DNA of 64,000 bases, from positions 3,995,111 to 4,059,110 of the forward strand of contig MU058824.1 of the NCBI GenBank assembly GCA_013265495.1, given 5' to 3'. The stretch is from Vicugna vicugna (lineage: Eukaryota). Position 1 is the stretch's first letter. Each line of letters starts with the position of its first letter. The notes under the pieces were generated by a model. That model ran no database searches. It saw only the letters and a list, made by a program, of their open reading frames with translations, and was not told the DNA's origin. Shown here one piece after another: positions 41,469-54,330 of this stretch. Position numbers and translations under genes: made by a program.

Positions 41469-41887
41469 AAAAGGACTTTGGCCCACTGCAGCTGCCTCAG
41501 GATTTCAGGATTGCCTGCCTGGCAAGGAACACATCAACAAGCCAAGTCCTGCTAACATCACCTCCTGAAATGTACCCATCCACTTTCTCTACTTGGACAG
41601 AACAGCTCTACTCAGTACCGTCCACAAACAAAGCATGAGGCCTGTGTCCCATCACCACGACCTGACATTCCCAGCTTCAGTCTCTGCACTGACATACCAG
41701 CAGAAATAAAGTCCAGAGCTAAGTTCTGCTGTCAGGCTTACCCCAACCTCCTATTTGCACAGTATTTAAAAATACACAGAACATTTTTTAATCCTGTGCA
41801 GTATGCAGGGATTATTAACCACATTACATATATGAGGAAACTATGTCTCAGCCAGGGAAATCAAATACTTGTTCAACATTATAAGGC

Positions 41888-42097
41888 ATTTGTTCTCAAC
41901 TGGGGGTGATTTTGTCCCCCAGGGGACATCTGGTAGCATCTGGAGGCATTTCTGATTGTCATGACTTGGAGGCCACTACTAGCATCTAATAGGTAAAGGC
42001 CAGGGATGCTGCTAAACATCCTACAATGCACAGGACAACCCCCCACAACAAAGGATTATTCAGCCCCAAATCTCAATGGTACCAAAGTTGATAAACA
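41888..42097. mobile_element. MER20
   Basis: ttctcaactgggggtgattttgtcccccaggggacat...ggccagggatgctgctaaacatcctacaatgcacaggaca. Confidence 0.88.
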
Positions 42098-42640
42098 TTA
42101 TTATAAAGCAATAAAGGGGTACAGACATGAGTAGAAGAGACATACAATACTTTTTCTGTTGTACTTTGCTGGAAAGTCTAAGGATACCTAGAAGTAGACA
42201 GGGAGAAAGGCTCCTTATTTAAATATTGAAAGTAGATATCTAAGGATCAAATGGAAAAAGCCTTGAGAGGAACAGTTCTGCTAGGGAAGAGCATCTCCAC
42301 AAAAGGCCCTGTGTCAACCAGGCCTGTGCCCCTTAACCCTGGTTTCTGCTCAGCCTTTGGAGAATTCTTGTTTATTTAAGAGATGATTACCTTGCAAATG
42401 AGAGCAAGAAACAGGTAATAGAGGAAGAAGTCAAGTGAGAGGGGAAAAAAGATCTGTGTGCTAATAAGCAAGAGAATCCTGGGAATGCTGGTGGGCTTGA
42501 AATGGTTCGTTTTTCATACAGTACTAAGAAAGGCAGGCAATCTCTCCAACACATAATCATGGTGCTGCAGTCAATTCTATAATTGTGAAATATAATCTCA
42601 AATAGATAATTCGCTCTTTTTCTTTAAAATAAATTGTACA

Positions 42641-42799
42641 TGCCATGTTTGGTCTGCTACTTTTTTGAGTAGCCCTGTCTCCCCCTCCTATTTCCCTCAG
42701 ATGGAACAAACATTTATTGTCTCTTATGTGCAAGGCACTGTGCTGAGTGCTTTACATGCATTCTCTTCTATTCTTTTTATAGCCCTGAAAGTGGCATTA
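42641..42799 (-). repeat. Right arm of the ~160-bp inverted repeat (partner 41114-41273)
   Basis: See left arm; about half MIR-derived and half non-repetitive-looking. Confidence 0.95.
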
Positions 42800-42824
42800 C
42801 TGTACTTGTTTCACAGATAGTAAC

Positions 42825-42865
<41 letters not shown>

Positions 42866-42887
42866 CAGCAGCAGCAGCAGCAGCAGC
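42825..42887 (+). repeat. (AGT)13(AGC)8 compound trinucleotide repeat
   Basis: Counted directly. Confidence 0.95.
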
Positions 42888-44054
42888 AGAGGTAGCAGCA
42901 CTAGTAGAAACTAACAGATACTGAGTATCCTACTGTTCTTACTGTGTATTGTGCCTGGCATTGTGCTAAGTGCTTATTATGTACAATTTAAATAAATTGT
43001 AATCATAAATTGTTCTTGTTAGAAAGCAATTTTACTTTCAAACTACTCAATTTTCATTTACTAAATAAGTTATATTTCCTTAATATTAATATTGTGTACC
43101 CAGAACTGGAGTACAGTCATGCTTGTCTTTGAATGCAGTGATGGCAAAAGAATATAGGTGATATTAATAAGATTAATACTCAACCTATTAGTAACCATGC
43201 TGGAAATTGCAGTTTAGCATCTTGCTTAAAATAGGCAACAAATACAAAAGATAAACAAAGTCTGCCTCTTAAACAAGAGTTATATACAGTGTGTCAAATA
43301 TTGCTGGGTTTTTCAATCAAACCAAGAACAGAGGGAAGTATTATTCCCAAGTGAGGAATTTTAGAACATTCTAAGCAAAGATACATACTGCATGCAAGTG
43401 ATACGACACCTTAATTAGATTCAACCAGCAGACTGTATTACACTGTGACTCGGAACAATAGTTCTGAGCCAAGATTACAATAAATTTCAAAATCTATAAT
43501 GTGTGAAATTAAATTCCACAATAATGCATAAAAGTCCTAATTTGAATCAATTTTCAACTTGCAAATACATGAAAAACTAAAAAATGAAATTCAGAGTAGG
43601 AGAAACAAAGAATATACAGTATTAGTAAATAATATTAATTAGGAAGGCTAAATCTCTCCTGAACAAGAATTAGACATTTTCTATCATACTCATTCCACTG
43701 CAATAAATATTTGATTTACCAAAAATATCAAAACTTGGATCCAACATCCACTATTACAACCAATACTTTTATATTATCTTTAAGTAGTTCCCCTCCCCCA
43801 AAGGATTGATGCAGAATCCACTAGCGCACTCAAATAAATAAAATTAGAGAACACTGAAATTTGTACATTGGTACATTCACCTTGAATTGATGAAACAATA
43901 CGTCAATAACTAGGAGCATTAATCTCCATGGCTGCCATATGAATGTGAACTTACAGTAATAGCAAATGAAGGCAAATAAATAGCATAGGAGTTTGGGTCT
44001 GGGTAGGTTAAAAAAAAAATCAAGCTTAGAATTAACTCAATAAATGAGGAACAT

Positions 44055-44372
44055 CATGGATATAGTGTAGTTTAATTTCAGTAAAGTACTAACAGTCACT
44101 TATTTTATCTTTGTGGATAAGACCACAAAATCTTGGTTAAGTGGATCTGACGCAGACTGAAAACCAACACACGGAAGACTAGCAGTGGTCCAGTTCTATT
44201 CAGTTTTTTAATCAACAACTTGGCTTAGAGATGGTCAAGAAATGTACAAAATGTCACAGTGCTGACAAGGACAGCTAATATTACATGAGATCAGAATGAA
44301 GATTCAATATATTAACAGAGGAGAATACTAGGCTGAAACAAATAAGGGAAACTAAATGTGAATAAACAGAAA
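44055..44372 (+). mobile_element. L3/CR1 reverse-transcriptase remnant
   Basis: ggtccagttctattcagttttttaatcaacaacttg (GPVLF..INNL-like) and aggctgaaacaaataag (AETNK-like). Confidence 0.55.
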
Positions 44373-44704
44373 TCAGAGAACTTAAAGCTACTCAGAGCTG
44401 GAACGGACCTTGGAAATTACTGATTACTGCAATGCTCTAACACTACTGATAAAGAAAATAAGGATCAGTAAGTTGGACTACCAGGGGTGACACCTAAAGT
44501 GAGTAGAAAAGCTGAGGCACAATACCTAATACGAATTAGGAGAACTGGTAAACATAGTTAGTCCTGCTAAATATGAAAAGTTGGAATGTCTAGGAACATT
44601 CCCAAGTGAATGGGCACAAAGAAGCTAGGGATGGGGATCACTTTCTCCTCTAGAGTCTATGACTCTCTTGAGACTAGCAACTACAGGGTTAAGAAACAAT
44701 ATCT

Positions 44705-44905
44705 CATGGTGGCTATGAAAATGGGTTCTGAAGCTTGACTAGCTGGGTTCAAATCCCAGCTCTGCTACTTACTAGCTTTAAAACCCTGAATAATTATTTA
44801 AGGTCTCTGCCCCTTAGTTTCATCATCTATAAGAGGAGAACAATAATAGCAACTACTTCACTCAGAGCAGTGTCTGGCAAATAAGAAAAACTCAGGAATG
44901 TGAAG
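44705..44905 (+). mobile_element. MIR SINE
   Basis: ctgggttcaaatcccagctctgctacttactagct...cttagtttcatcatctataa. Confidence 0.8.
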
Positions 44906-45249
44906 CATTGCTTTTATAACAGAGTAAGAATAAGCATGCCAAGAAATATTTTATTTTTTCTGAGCAACCATGTGCAAGGGTCACAAAAATATGAAACATA
45001 CATACCTCAGAATGCTATCTCCTTGAAGGAAACAAAAAAATGGGAGTGGGGAAAAAGCAAAAAAATTCAACAAAAAAAGACTGATGCAGATGCTCTAGGC
45101 AGAGGATACTTCAGCACAACTCAAATTAGCACAGAACTCTAATTCTTTAAACCTACAGAGACTCAGACCCAGCTTTCAGAAGGCACCTCCCCCACTTTCC
45201 ACATCAGTTTTTGCAGTTCAAAATTTTTTTAAACATTTTATTTATTTTT

Positions 45250-45665
45250 TAATATTACTAGTAAACCAAATTCAACAGCATATTAAAAGAAGTATACAAC
45301 ATGACCAAGTAGGATTTATTCCTGAAATGCAAGGATGGCTCAACATACACAAACCAATATATGTGATACACCGTATTAACAGAATGAAGGAGAAAACCAC
45401 ATGATCACATCAATCAATGCAGAAAACAAATCTGAAAAAATTTAACACCCTTTCATGATAAAAATGTTCAACAAAACTAGGAATAGGAGAAAACTACCTC
45501 AACATAATAAAAGCCACATATGAAAAATCCACAGCTAATGTCACATTCAATGGTAGAAGACAAAGCTTTTCCTCTAAGATCAAGAAAAGACAAGACTGCC
45601 CACTTTTACCACTTCTATTCAACATAGTATTGGAAGTCCTAGCCTGAGCAATTAGGCAAGAAGTA
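45250..45665 (+). mobile_element. LINE-1 ORF2 (RT domain) internal fragment
   Basis: Remnant peptides [31 protein letters not shown] and CPLLPLLFNIVLEVLA*AIRQE. Confidence 0.9.
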
Positions 45666-45985
45666 AAACCTTTACATGATTCAAAACGTAAGAGGTACAA
45701 AGGAGCACAGAATGAAAATTCTTCCTTCCTTCCCTCTCCCAAGTTTCCTCCCCAGAAGGAGAAGCAACTGGCAGCTTCTTATAACTTCCTTCATATGTGA
45801 GCAAATAATATAAACATATCTCTCTCTTCTTTATTTTTACAAACATGACAGTATACTGTTCTACACCTTGCTTTTCCCTTTAACAATATATCTTAGATAG
45901 CATTCCATATCAGTATTTAAAGAGCCTCCTCATTCGTTTTTATGATTGGAGAATATTCTGTTATAAAGATGTACTATAAGTTAAC
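45666..45985 (-). mobile_element. Old L1 3' end (L1ME-like)
   Basis: tatactgttctacaccttgcttttccctttaacaatatatcttagatagcattccatatcagta. Confidence 0.7.
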
Positions 45986-46131
45986 AAAAATGTTTTCCAA
46001 AAGAAAAAGAAAGCACTATTAAGACTCACAAACACACAAAGAGTTAAGAAATAAAAAGGTGATCAAGTCGTAAACCAAACTGTGTTTCTATGCTATGAGG
46101 ATACAGAGTCCTTGAAGGGATTGTAATTTCA

Positions 46132-46257
46132 TTTTTTTTTAAAGGGGGGAGGTAATTAGGTTTATCTATTTATTTCTTTTGGTGGAGGTACCAGGGAATG
46201 AACCCAGACCTCATGCATGCTAGGCATGCACTCTACCACTGAGCTATACCCTCCCCC
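46132..46257 (-). mobile_element. Vic-1-like SINE (sense to MELK)
   Basis: gcatgctaggcatgcactctaccactgagctataccctcccc (reverse complement of the SINE head). Confidence 0.9.
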
Positions 46258-49200
46258 TAAATTTTTTCTTTTCTTTCTTTTTTTTTTTAGGGTTGGGGGA
46301 CTGAAATTTCATACAACACAAAAGAACACCTAAGGCCAGGTCTCCAATTCTGGCTCATTCATTCACCATTATTAATATTACAGATATATTACCAAATCAT
46401 TCCTTTTTAAAATAAAATAAACTTTATCCCATCAAATTATGGACCCATTAGCTTTCTAAGCATATAATTTAAAAAGTACATGAAGGAAAAATAATCACAG
46501 AAGAAGAGCCAGGAAAATTCTAAGGGAAAAAGAGAATAAGAGGGAGCTAATTCTACTAGATATTAAATAAATGGTATTATAAAAACCCAGTAATTAAAAC
46601 AATTACATGTAAGACAAGCATAGACAAAAAATAAACAAATACAATGAAATAAACAGCCCCATAGAAGAAATATGTAAATGTAGGAATCTAATATACAATA
46701 AAATCATCATTTCAAATCAATGGGAAAATGATAGATTATTGAATAAACAGCTCTAGGGCAATAAATAACTGTTTTTTTTTTTTAAAACTGGATCCCTAGG
46801 AACTATCACAGATATTATATTTAGTTGTCATATCAACTAATAATAGAGAGGACTGGGTAAAGGATAAATGGGAACTCTTTATACCATCTTTGCAACTTCT
46901 CTGTAAATCTTAAACTAGTTTAAAGTAAAAACTGTATTTAAAAAGAAGCTGGCACTTCTTATACCAATATTAATTTCTGGTAGATCAAAGAACTAGTATT
47001 TTAAAAACATAAAAAGTACTAGAAAAAAAACAGAGAAAAATGCAAATACACAGATTATAATACACAGGACAAAGTGTTCATTTCTTTGGGATGCTCTATA
47101 GCATAGTAGTTAAAACTAACTAACTTCTTGCCTTTTTAGCACTCTGGAAAGGAGTAAGTTAAGCTGCAGCACAGACTCTTAGCTATTCACACACCCATAG
47201 AATTGTACATTATGCTACTTACTCAAGAGTCAGGTTAGTAGGAATGAATTCTTGACAGATCAACTAGTACTTTCCAGTAGGATAAAACAAAGATCTGTCC
47301 TGTCCCTAACCCCCCCCCGCCCACTTACTCTTCTGTTTAACTTGCCCCTAATGCCTCGCTATGACTTGGAAGAGCTGAATGCATGCACTCCTGCCAAGTA
47401 TTCTTCTTGCATGTGAATTACATCATTTTAACATCATAAATCAAGGATTATAGCTCTGTATAAGCATTGCTGTAAAGAAGAGATATAATTATTCTAAAAT
47501 CAAAGTTTATAGTTAGTAAATCCAAACAGTACCTCATTCTGCTTTAATAGGTATATATCTGTGGGGCATATGGAAGGTAGACTGCTCAATCTCAGATACC
47601 TTTATTAAGACTTTACGTGGTCAAGGCGATTACTCGAAATTCTTCTTGGATAAAATTATTAACAGTCATCCTTTACAGCATAATGTCTTACTGCAATTCC
47701 CAAATACTCATCACCGAGAAGTCAAGTATCCTTTGAAGGCTCAATGTTCACAGAAGGATGTCAATTCCAGCACCAGTTATACTGACAGCTGCTTTTGTTC
47801 TTATTCAGCACAGCCATAACTTCAGGAAATTTCTAAGGAGAACAATCCCTAATATACTGATACTCAATAACTCGGCTGAGAAGGATTACATTGAGAGACT
47901 ACCTAAAGAATATGCAGAGTTCACTATTCATACTTCTTGGTTGGCTATCTTCAAAGGTGGGACATGTGCACCCCAGCGGGTATATAAGAAGATACACTAG
48001 GGTGTGGAATGAATACATTAGGACTTCCATTTATATTTTTTCTAAAAAATAAGATGGAAATTAAGCATTATTAATATTTAGTATGTGGACTGGCACTGGG
48101 ACCTTCATTAGTCTCTATGTAAACTACAGTATGAGGTAGCATGAGGTAATTCTTCCCTGACTGTGACAGTGACACATGACAGACAACAGTGGCTCCAACT
48201 TGCACCACCCTCTGTATATTGTGAAGGCTTTACCTGAGCCCAGATAAATGGATTTACAAATTATACTCTCTGGCTTAACTAAACTAAATCCTTACAAAAT
48301 AGCCAGGTGGTTTTAAAAGATTCTTGCAAAGAAGCCACAGATTAAAGGTAAGACAATAAATACAAGCACAAGCAAACAACAACAGAGCTGACACCTCTAA
48401 TCTTAGTGTGAGCCCATTAGCCAAAATACAATGTTAAAAAAAGACCTAATCAGACTAACAAGTGGTCTCAAAACTTGAAATTATCAAGTCGATTTGAAAT
48501 ACATTTACATACATTATTCTTAACAATGAAACTCAAATCTAAGTACATATGGCTAAGTTGCCATCACAATTACAAGATTTTTAAAAACAAGAATCTAGAA
48601 TATGAAAACAAATCTCTACAACTTTTTACTGATGTTTAAAGGCAAGAAACCACTCAAAAGCAAATTTCAGGTGAATCAAGTATTTAAACATTTTAAAAAA
48701 ATGAAAACATAAGAATACTAGAAGAAAAAATGGGCATTTAAAAAATAATCTAGTTAGGAAAGTCTTTCCGAATACAACAATGAAAGACTGATAAATTTGA
48801 CTAAATAAAAATTAAAAATTCCTGCATAACAAAAAAATCTTAACATAATAACATAAATATCAAGAAAGGTGATATACTGTATTGATGTGATTATGGAAAA
48901 ACAGCTATTTTCATCCTATTACATCCAGTTGTGTAAACTGATAGAACTTTGCTAGGAAGCAATTTGGTAATATCTAATAAAATTACTAATTCACATACCC
49001 TTTGATCCAATAACTCTTCTAGGAACTTTCTTACAGATATATTCACAATGTACAAAATGACCACTTGGAAATTACTTAAATGTCCATTAACAGGACTGGT
49101 TAAATCGATTAAGGTACATGTATCCACAGCAATACTGGGCACTGAATTCTATGAAAAGGTTCTGAGCCAGTAAGAAATGGTTAGATTTCCAAGACATACT

Positions 49201-49429
49201 GTCGAGAGAAGAAGATAAGATGCAGAAGAAGGTTCATGGTATGCTACCATCTGTGTGAAAAAACTGAGAAGGGGATAGCATAAAAAGATAAAATATAAGG
49301 TTCTTTATGTAGAGAGAGACTAATCTGAAAAATATAACATAAAAATCTGGTATACACATTGTCACTGGGTAAACAGACAACTTAATGCCAAGAAATTTGA
49401 AAAATTAGACAAAATAGACACATTCTTTA

Positions 49430-50545
49430 TGCTCAAAATCAGACTCCTTATCGTCCCTGCTCTACCAGGAATCTTACCCAGCTCAGCTGTCGGCAGTTCC
49501 AGCTTTCCAGTTGCTCAGGTTACTCCCTTCATCCCAACTATCAGCATACTATGTTAGCTATACCTTCAAAAGACAACGGATTAGTTCAAACATACATCCT
49601 GACTATGCTGGTGGTGGCTACGTCAATCTATATGTGTGTTAAAATCTGGAGACCTGTACACATAAAAGAATTTATTTTACTCTATGCTAATTTAAAAATA
49701 ATTTTAAAAAAAAAGATACCCAGAATCTAAGCACTTCTCACTACCTCAGTGGCAACCATCTCTTCTCTGAAAATTACTACAGTATCCTCCCCATCAGTCT
49801 CCCTGGTTCTCCTCTTTGCTCCCTGTAGCCTATCTCCACACAGTAGCCACTATGGTCCTGAGAAAACCTAAACCAGACCATGTCTCTCTTCTGCTCAAAA
49901 CTCTCAAGTGGCTCCCCATTTCACTTAGAGAAAAAGCCAAAATCCTTATCACAGCCTACAGAGCCCAAGACAGTTGGAGCTCTGTTGCCTGAGACTTTGT
50001 TTTCTACAACTCTGCTCATTTGCTCCATTCTAGTGGCACCAGCCCCCTGCCCTCCCTTGCCTATACCAGGCATGCTTCTAACTACTGGCCTTTGCTCCGT
50101 CTCCTCTGCCTGAAATACTCTCTGCATTGATAGTCACTTGACTAACAGTCTCACTTCCTTCAAGTCTTGCTCAAATCTCACCTCTGTGAAGTTTACTCTG
50201 ACCACCATATTTAATATTTAATAATGCAACCAGCCCTCCTATTCCCTTCACATCCCCTCAGTCTGTTCTCCTGATTCCTCTTTACCCTGCTCAATTTTTT
50301 TCTTTTTTTCTAAAGCAAGTATCATCTTTTAATATAATTTACTTATTTATTATGTTTATTATCTTTTTGTACTACTACCACTGTTTTTTTCCCTGCCACT
50401 AAAATATAAACTCCATGAGGGCAGGGATCGTCCACCTGTTTTATTCACTGATATATCCCAAGCATCTAGAACGTAGCAAAGAATAGGTGCTCAATAAATA
50501 TTTAACTGCTTCCCAATTGAAAGAACACTGAATGAATGACTAAAT
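49430..50545 (+). mobile_element. L2 LINE 3' fragment (interrupted)
   Basis: tctgctcaaaactctcaagtggctcccc; aaactccatgagggcagggat...ttattcactgatatatcccaagcatctagaac...gtgctcaataaatattt; (GAAT)-like tail. Confidence 0.8.
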
Positions 50546-53139
50546 GAACAAATGATCAAACTAACGAAGGAACAAACAAATGAACTGCTGCCTTTCTAAT
50601 TAGAGAACATCTAAATAGAGATCTAAAGAAAAGGAGAAGACAAAGCATATACCTGGGAAAAAAACACTTCAGATGAAAGAGTAGGTACAAATGTCTTGGG
50701 GCAGATGCATGCTTGGCATGTTCAAGAAAGGAAGGGTAGGGGACACAACAAGGAGTACAAGAGAACGGAGCAAGTAAGGAGGGGGAGTAGTAAGGGACAG
50801 GGCATCGAGACAATGGGAGACCAGCTCACCTGGGATAAAGCCTACAGCCCACAGGGCGAACTCTGTCTTGTTGTACTGGAGCGAGATGGGAAAGAAGCCA
50901 CTGGAGAGATTCCAATAAAGTGATGTGATCTGACTTATGCAGTATTTTAAAACCTTCCCATAAAGAAGTAACTGGTGGAGATGGACTTTCAAGCATATTC
51001 CATAACTCCAAGGAACTAAAAATTCCAATGTTAAACTGCCCCCCCCAAAAAAAGTAAAAGGAAGAATACTCCCCAACTAACTTTATGTGGCTAGTAAAAT
51101 ATTGAAACCAAAACCAAACAAATAAAATAGCTCCAGAAAGGGAAACTACATATTAATCTCAGAACAAATTTTAAGTCCTGGACAAAATATTGGCAAACCA
51201 AATTTAGAAATGTATGTCAGTAAGATCTAGCATTTATTGAGCACTACGCTAAATGCTTTCTATTGACTAACTCATTTAATCCTAACAATCCTAAATTGTG
51301 AATATCATCACCCATTTTACAGACAGGAAGCTGACACACAGAGAGGCTAAGTCCACAGATAGAAAGTGGAGATCCTGGATTTTTAAAATACCAATGAGAT
51401 TCTCATTTAATTGCTCTGGAGTTTTTTTTAAAGCACCTCAAGCGATGCTAATATGCTGCCAGTTTTGTAAACCACTGCTCTAAGTCCATTAGCTAAGACT
51501 TTCCCCACCCTGAGAGAGATTACTTGGATAAAGCCAAGGAAATAGATATTTTAGTGAAAATTTAAACATGAAACAAGAAGCAGAGATGAGAAAACATGAT
51601 TTGTAAGACCCTTTCCAACAGTAGAATTCTGGCTGTGTGCCCCACATTGTCTTTCTAGAATTCTGAAAGGTATAAAATTTCACACTATAACACCTAGTAG
51701 ATCCAATTCTAGTCCATCTTTGGAGAAGTTTGTCTGTCAGTTTATTTCTTTGGCATCGAGTTCCCCCTGCTCCCCTAAAAAAGAGTATGTGGTAAAACAT
51801 AACGTAGCTTATAATAATAAAGTTATTTTCAGGACAAAGAACAGAGCTCTGCTTTACAGAAAGAGTAGCAAAAAGAGGGAATAACTCAAAAAGCCAACCC
51901 AGTATTTTTTGAAAGTATAACTGGAAAATTGTTACTGAGTTGCCCAATGACCAAGCCTCCTTCCCACTCCACATCTGTTCACTAAAGCTGAAGCTACAAA
52001 GCAATCCTAACACTACTCTCCCTGTATCGTGCTGTTGACACAGTGGGGTGTGGCTCTTTGAGGTCAAGAACTGCTGTCACAGGCAGCAAGCAGAGCCAAG
52101 GCAACAACTACTACTCTCAAAGTTAAGGGAAGCTTCGGGAGCAGGAGTGGGGGAAATACAGACTATCTTGGCTACCCCAGCAGGCTCCAGGAGGCCAGCC
52201 TCCAGGCCACTACCCCATCCATCTCCCCTCCCCAAGGAGAAGCACATGCGTTCACAGTTCCCCAAAGCAATGGCAACAGCTACTGCTACCATGACTTCTC
52301 TTTGATTCTGCAGAATAGAGCTCTTTGGCCTTCAAGGAATTAGAACTATTACCATTCCATCACTTACCAAAACTACTCTTGTAGTTTTGGCATTGCTTTT
52401 AAAAGTTTTTCCAGGGTGGGATATAGGAAAAACGATTAAGTCAAATAGATAAAACAAGTGAAGGTTGAACTCACTGCCCTTAGACTTGGTTGTTTTATAC
52501 AGCAGGCAACAAGCCAACTGGTTTCACCACTTTCAACTCTGTATGCTACTTCCCAGAAATGAGAGTTGATTTAGGTGGTCTCCCTACCTAAAGGGTGTTA
52601 GAGACTTCACAGTACAGCCACATAAAACTTCTAACCATTTCTCCCATCTTATACCTTTGTTGATACTGTCTACCAGATATTCTCTCTCTCACATCCCTTT
52701 CTGAAGCACTTCTAACCTTCTTTAAAGTCCAGCTCAAACCTTACTTCCTCTAAGATGTTCTCCCAAATCCCACACCCACTCCTCTATTAACTTCATTTAT
52801 ACCTCTCTTATAATTTGGCATCCCTCACCCTTTCCTCTTTTCAGATAGCCTTATATCTGTCTCCAACAAGGAACCTGGCCCTGGTGGACAGTGATCAAGT
52901 TTCATAGATCTTTGTTCATATCTTTCAACAGCTCATACAAAGACCTTCAAGAAATATTTGTTAAACAGAACTGAATCTAAGCTGCATTCAGAGAAGTTGC
53001 TCTGCAGGTCTGACCCTGATTTGCTATGGACACAATATGGTGCTCTTTCTTCTTCACTTATCTTATTTTGCTAGCTTGCTCCGAGTATTAACTCTTTAAA
53101 AAGAATTTTGCTATTTTCCTTGCTATACATGATTTTTGG

Positions 53140-53370
53140 GCTTTTTAATTCAATATAGCTCCTATAACATAGAATTCACACTTTGAAAGTGTACAATTCA
53201 GTGGTCTTTAGTATATTTACAAAGTTGTACAACCATCACCACTGTCTAATTCCAGAATGTCTTCATCAACACAGAAAGAAACCCCATATCCATTAGCAGT
53301 CACTCCCCACTGCCACTCCACCCTCGACCCCCGACCCCACACCCACACATCTACTTTCTGTCTCTTAACA
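53140..53370 (-). mobile_element. L1 3' end (L1MB-like)
   Basis: aagtgtacaattcagtggtctttagtatatttacaaagttgtacaaccatcaccact. Confidence 0.8.
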
Positions 53371-53854
53371 TACATGATTTTAACAAAGCTTATAGTACTC
53401 TTAACTGTGCTTTTATTATACCTTAAAGCCAAATTCTATCATCAAAAAGAAAGTTTCTCTTATTTTAACATAACTCAACAGAAAAATGTGATTTAACACA
53501 GCAACTTACTAAGGTATCATTTCAGGATACAAAACAAAAACTATACCAGGAAAATCAGCTTACATGTTTACTTATCCATTTGTTTTTGTTTTGTTAAGCT
53601 TTCTACTAAAGATGTATAATATATAGAAGAGTACACATATCATAAGGGTGTATCTTGATAAGTTTTCAAAAATTGAATACACAAGTATTATCAGCACCCA
53701 GATCAAAAACCAAACAGAAGCCCTTCATGTCCCTTTCCCAGTGGCACCTCCAAAGAGTAACCACTATCCTGACTTCTAACAGCATACATTACTTCTACCT
53801 GTTCTGTACTTTTATAAACAGAAGCATATAGTTTGCAGTGAAAGAAAACTTTTA

Positions 53855-54052
<198 letters not shown>

Positions 54053-54254
54053 TCACAGAATCCTCACAGAGCGGGAAAAGAACTCAGGGGTCATCTAATT
54101 AAACCTGCTCATTCTACAGTCTGAAGCCCAGAAAGGAAAGCTTGTCCAAAGTCACCCAGTCAATGGCAGGCCACCCAGGTAGGTCTCTTGACTTCCAGTT
54201 CAGTGCACTTTCCTCTAATGCTGGACTCTAATGCTTAATAGAAAATAATTTCCA

Positions 54255-54330
54255 GGAGGGAGGGGATAGCTCAGTGGTGGAGCACAAGCTTAGTATTCAT
54301 GAGGTCCTGAGTAAATAAAATTGAAAAAAA
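54255..54330 (+). mobile_element. Vic-1-like SINE, internally deleted
   Basis: gggaggggatagctcagtggtggagcacaagcttagtattcatgaggtcctg followed directly by an A-rich tail. Confidence 0.8.

Noticed and set aside
51489..52067. Longest ORF in the track (192 aa, minus strand)
   Set aside because: No ATG at the listed start, no recognisable domain, intronic; consistent with chance.
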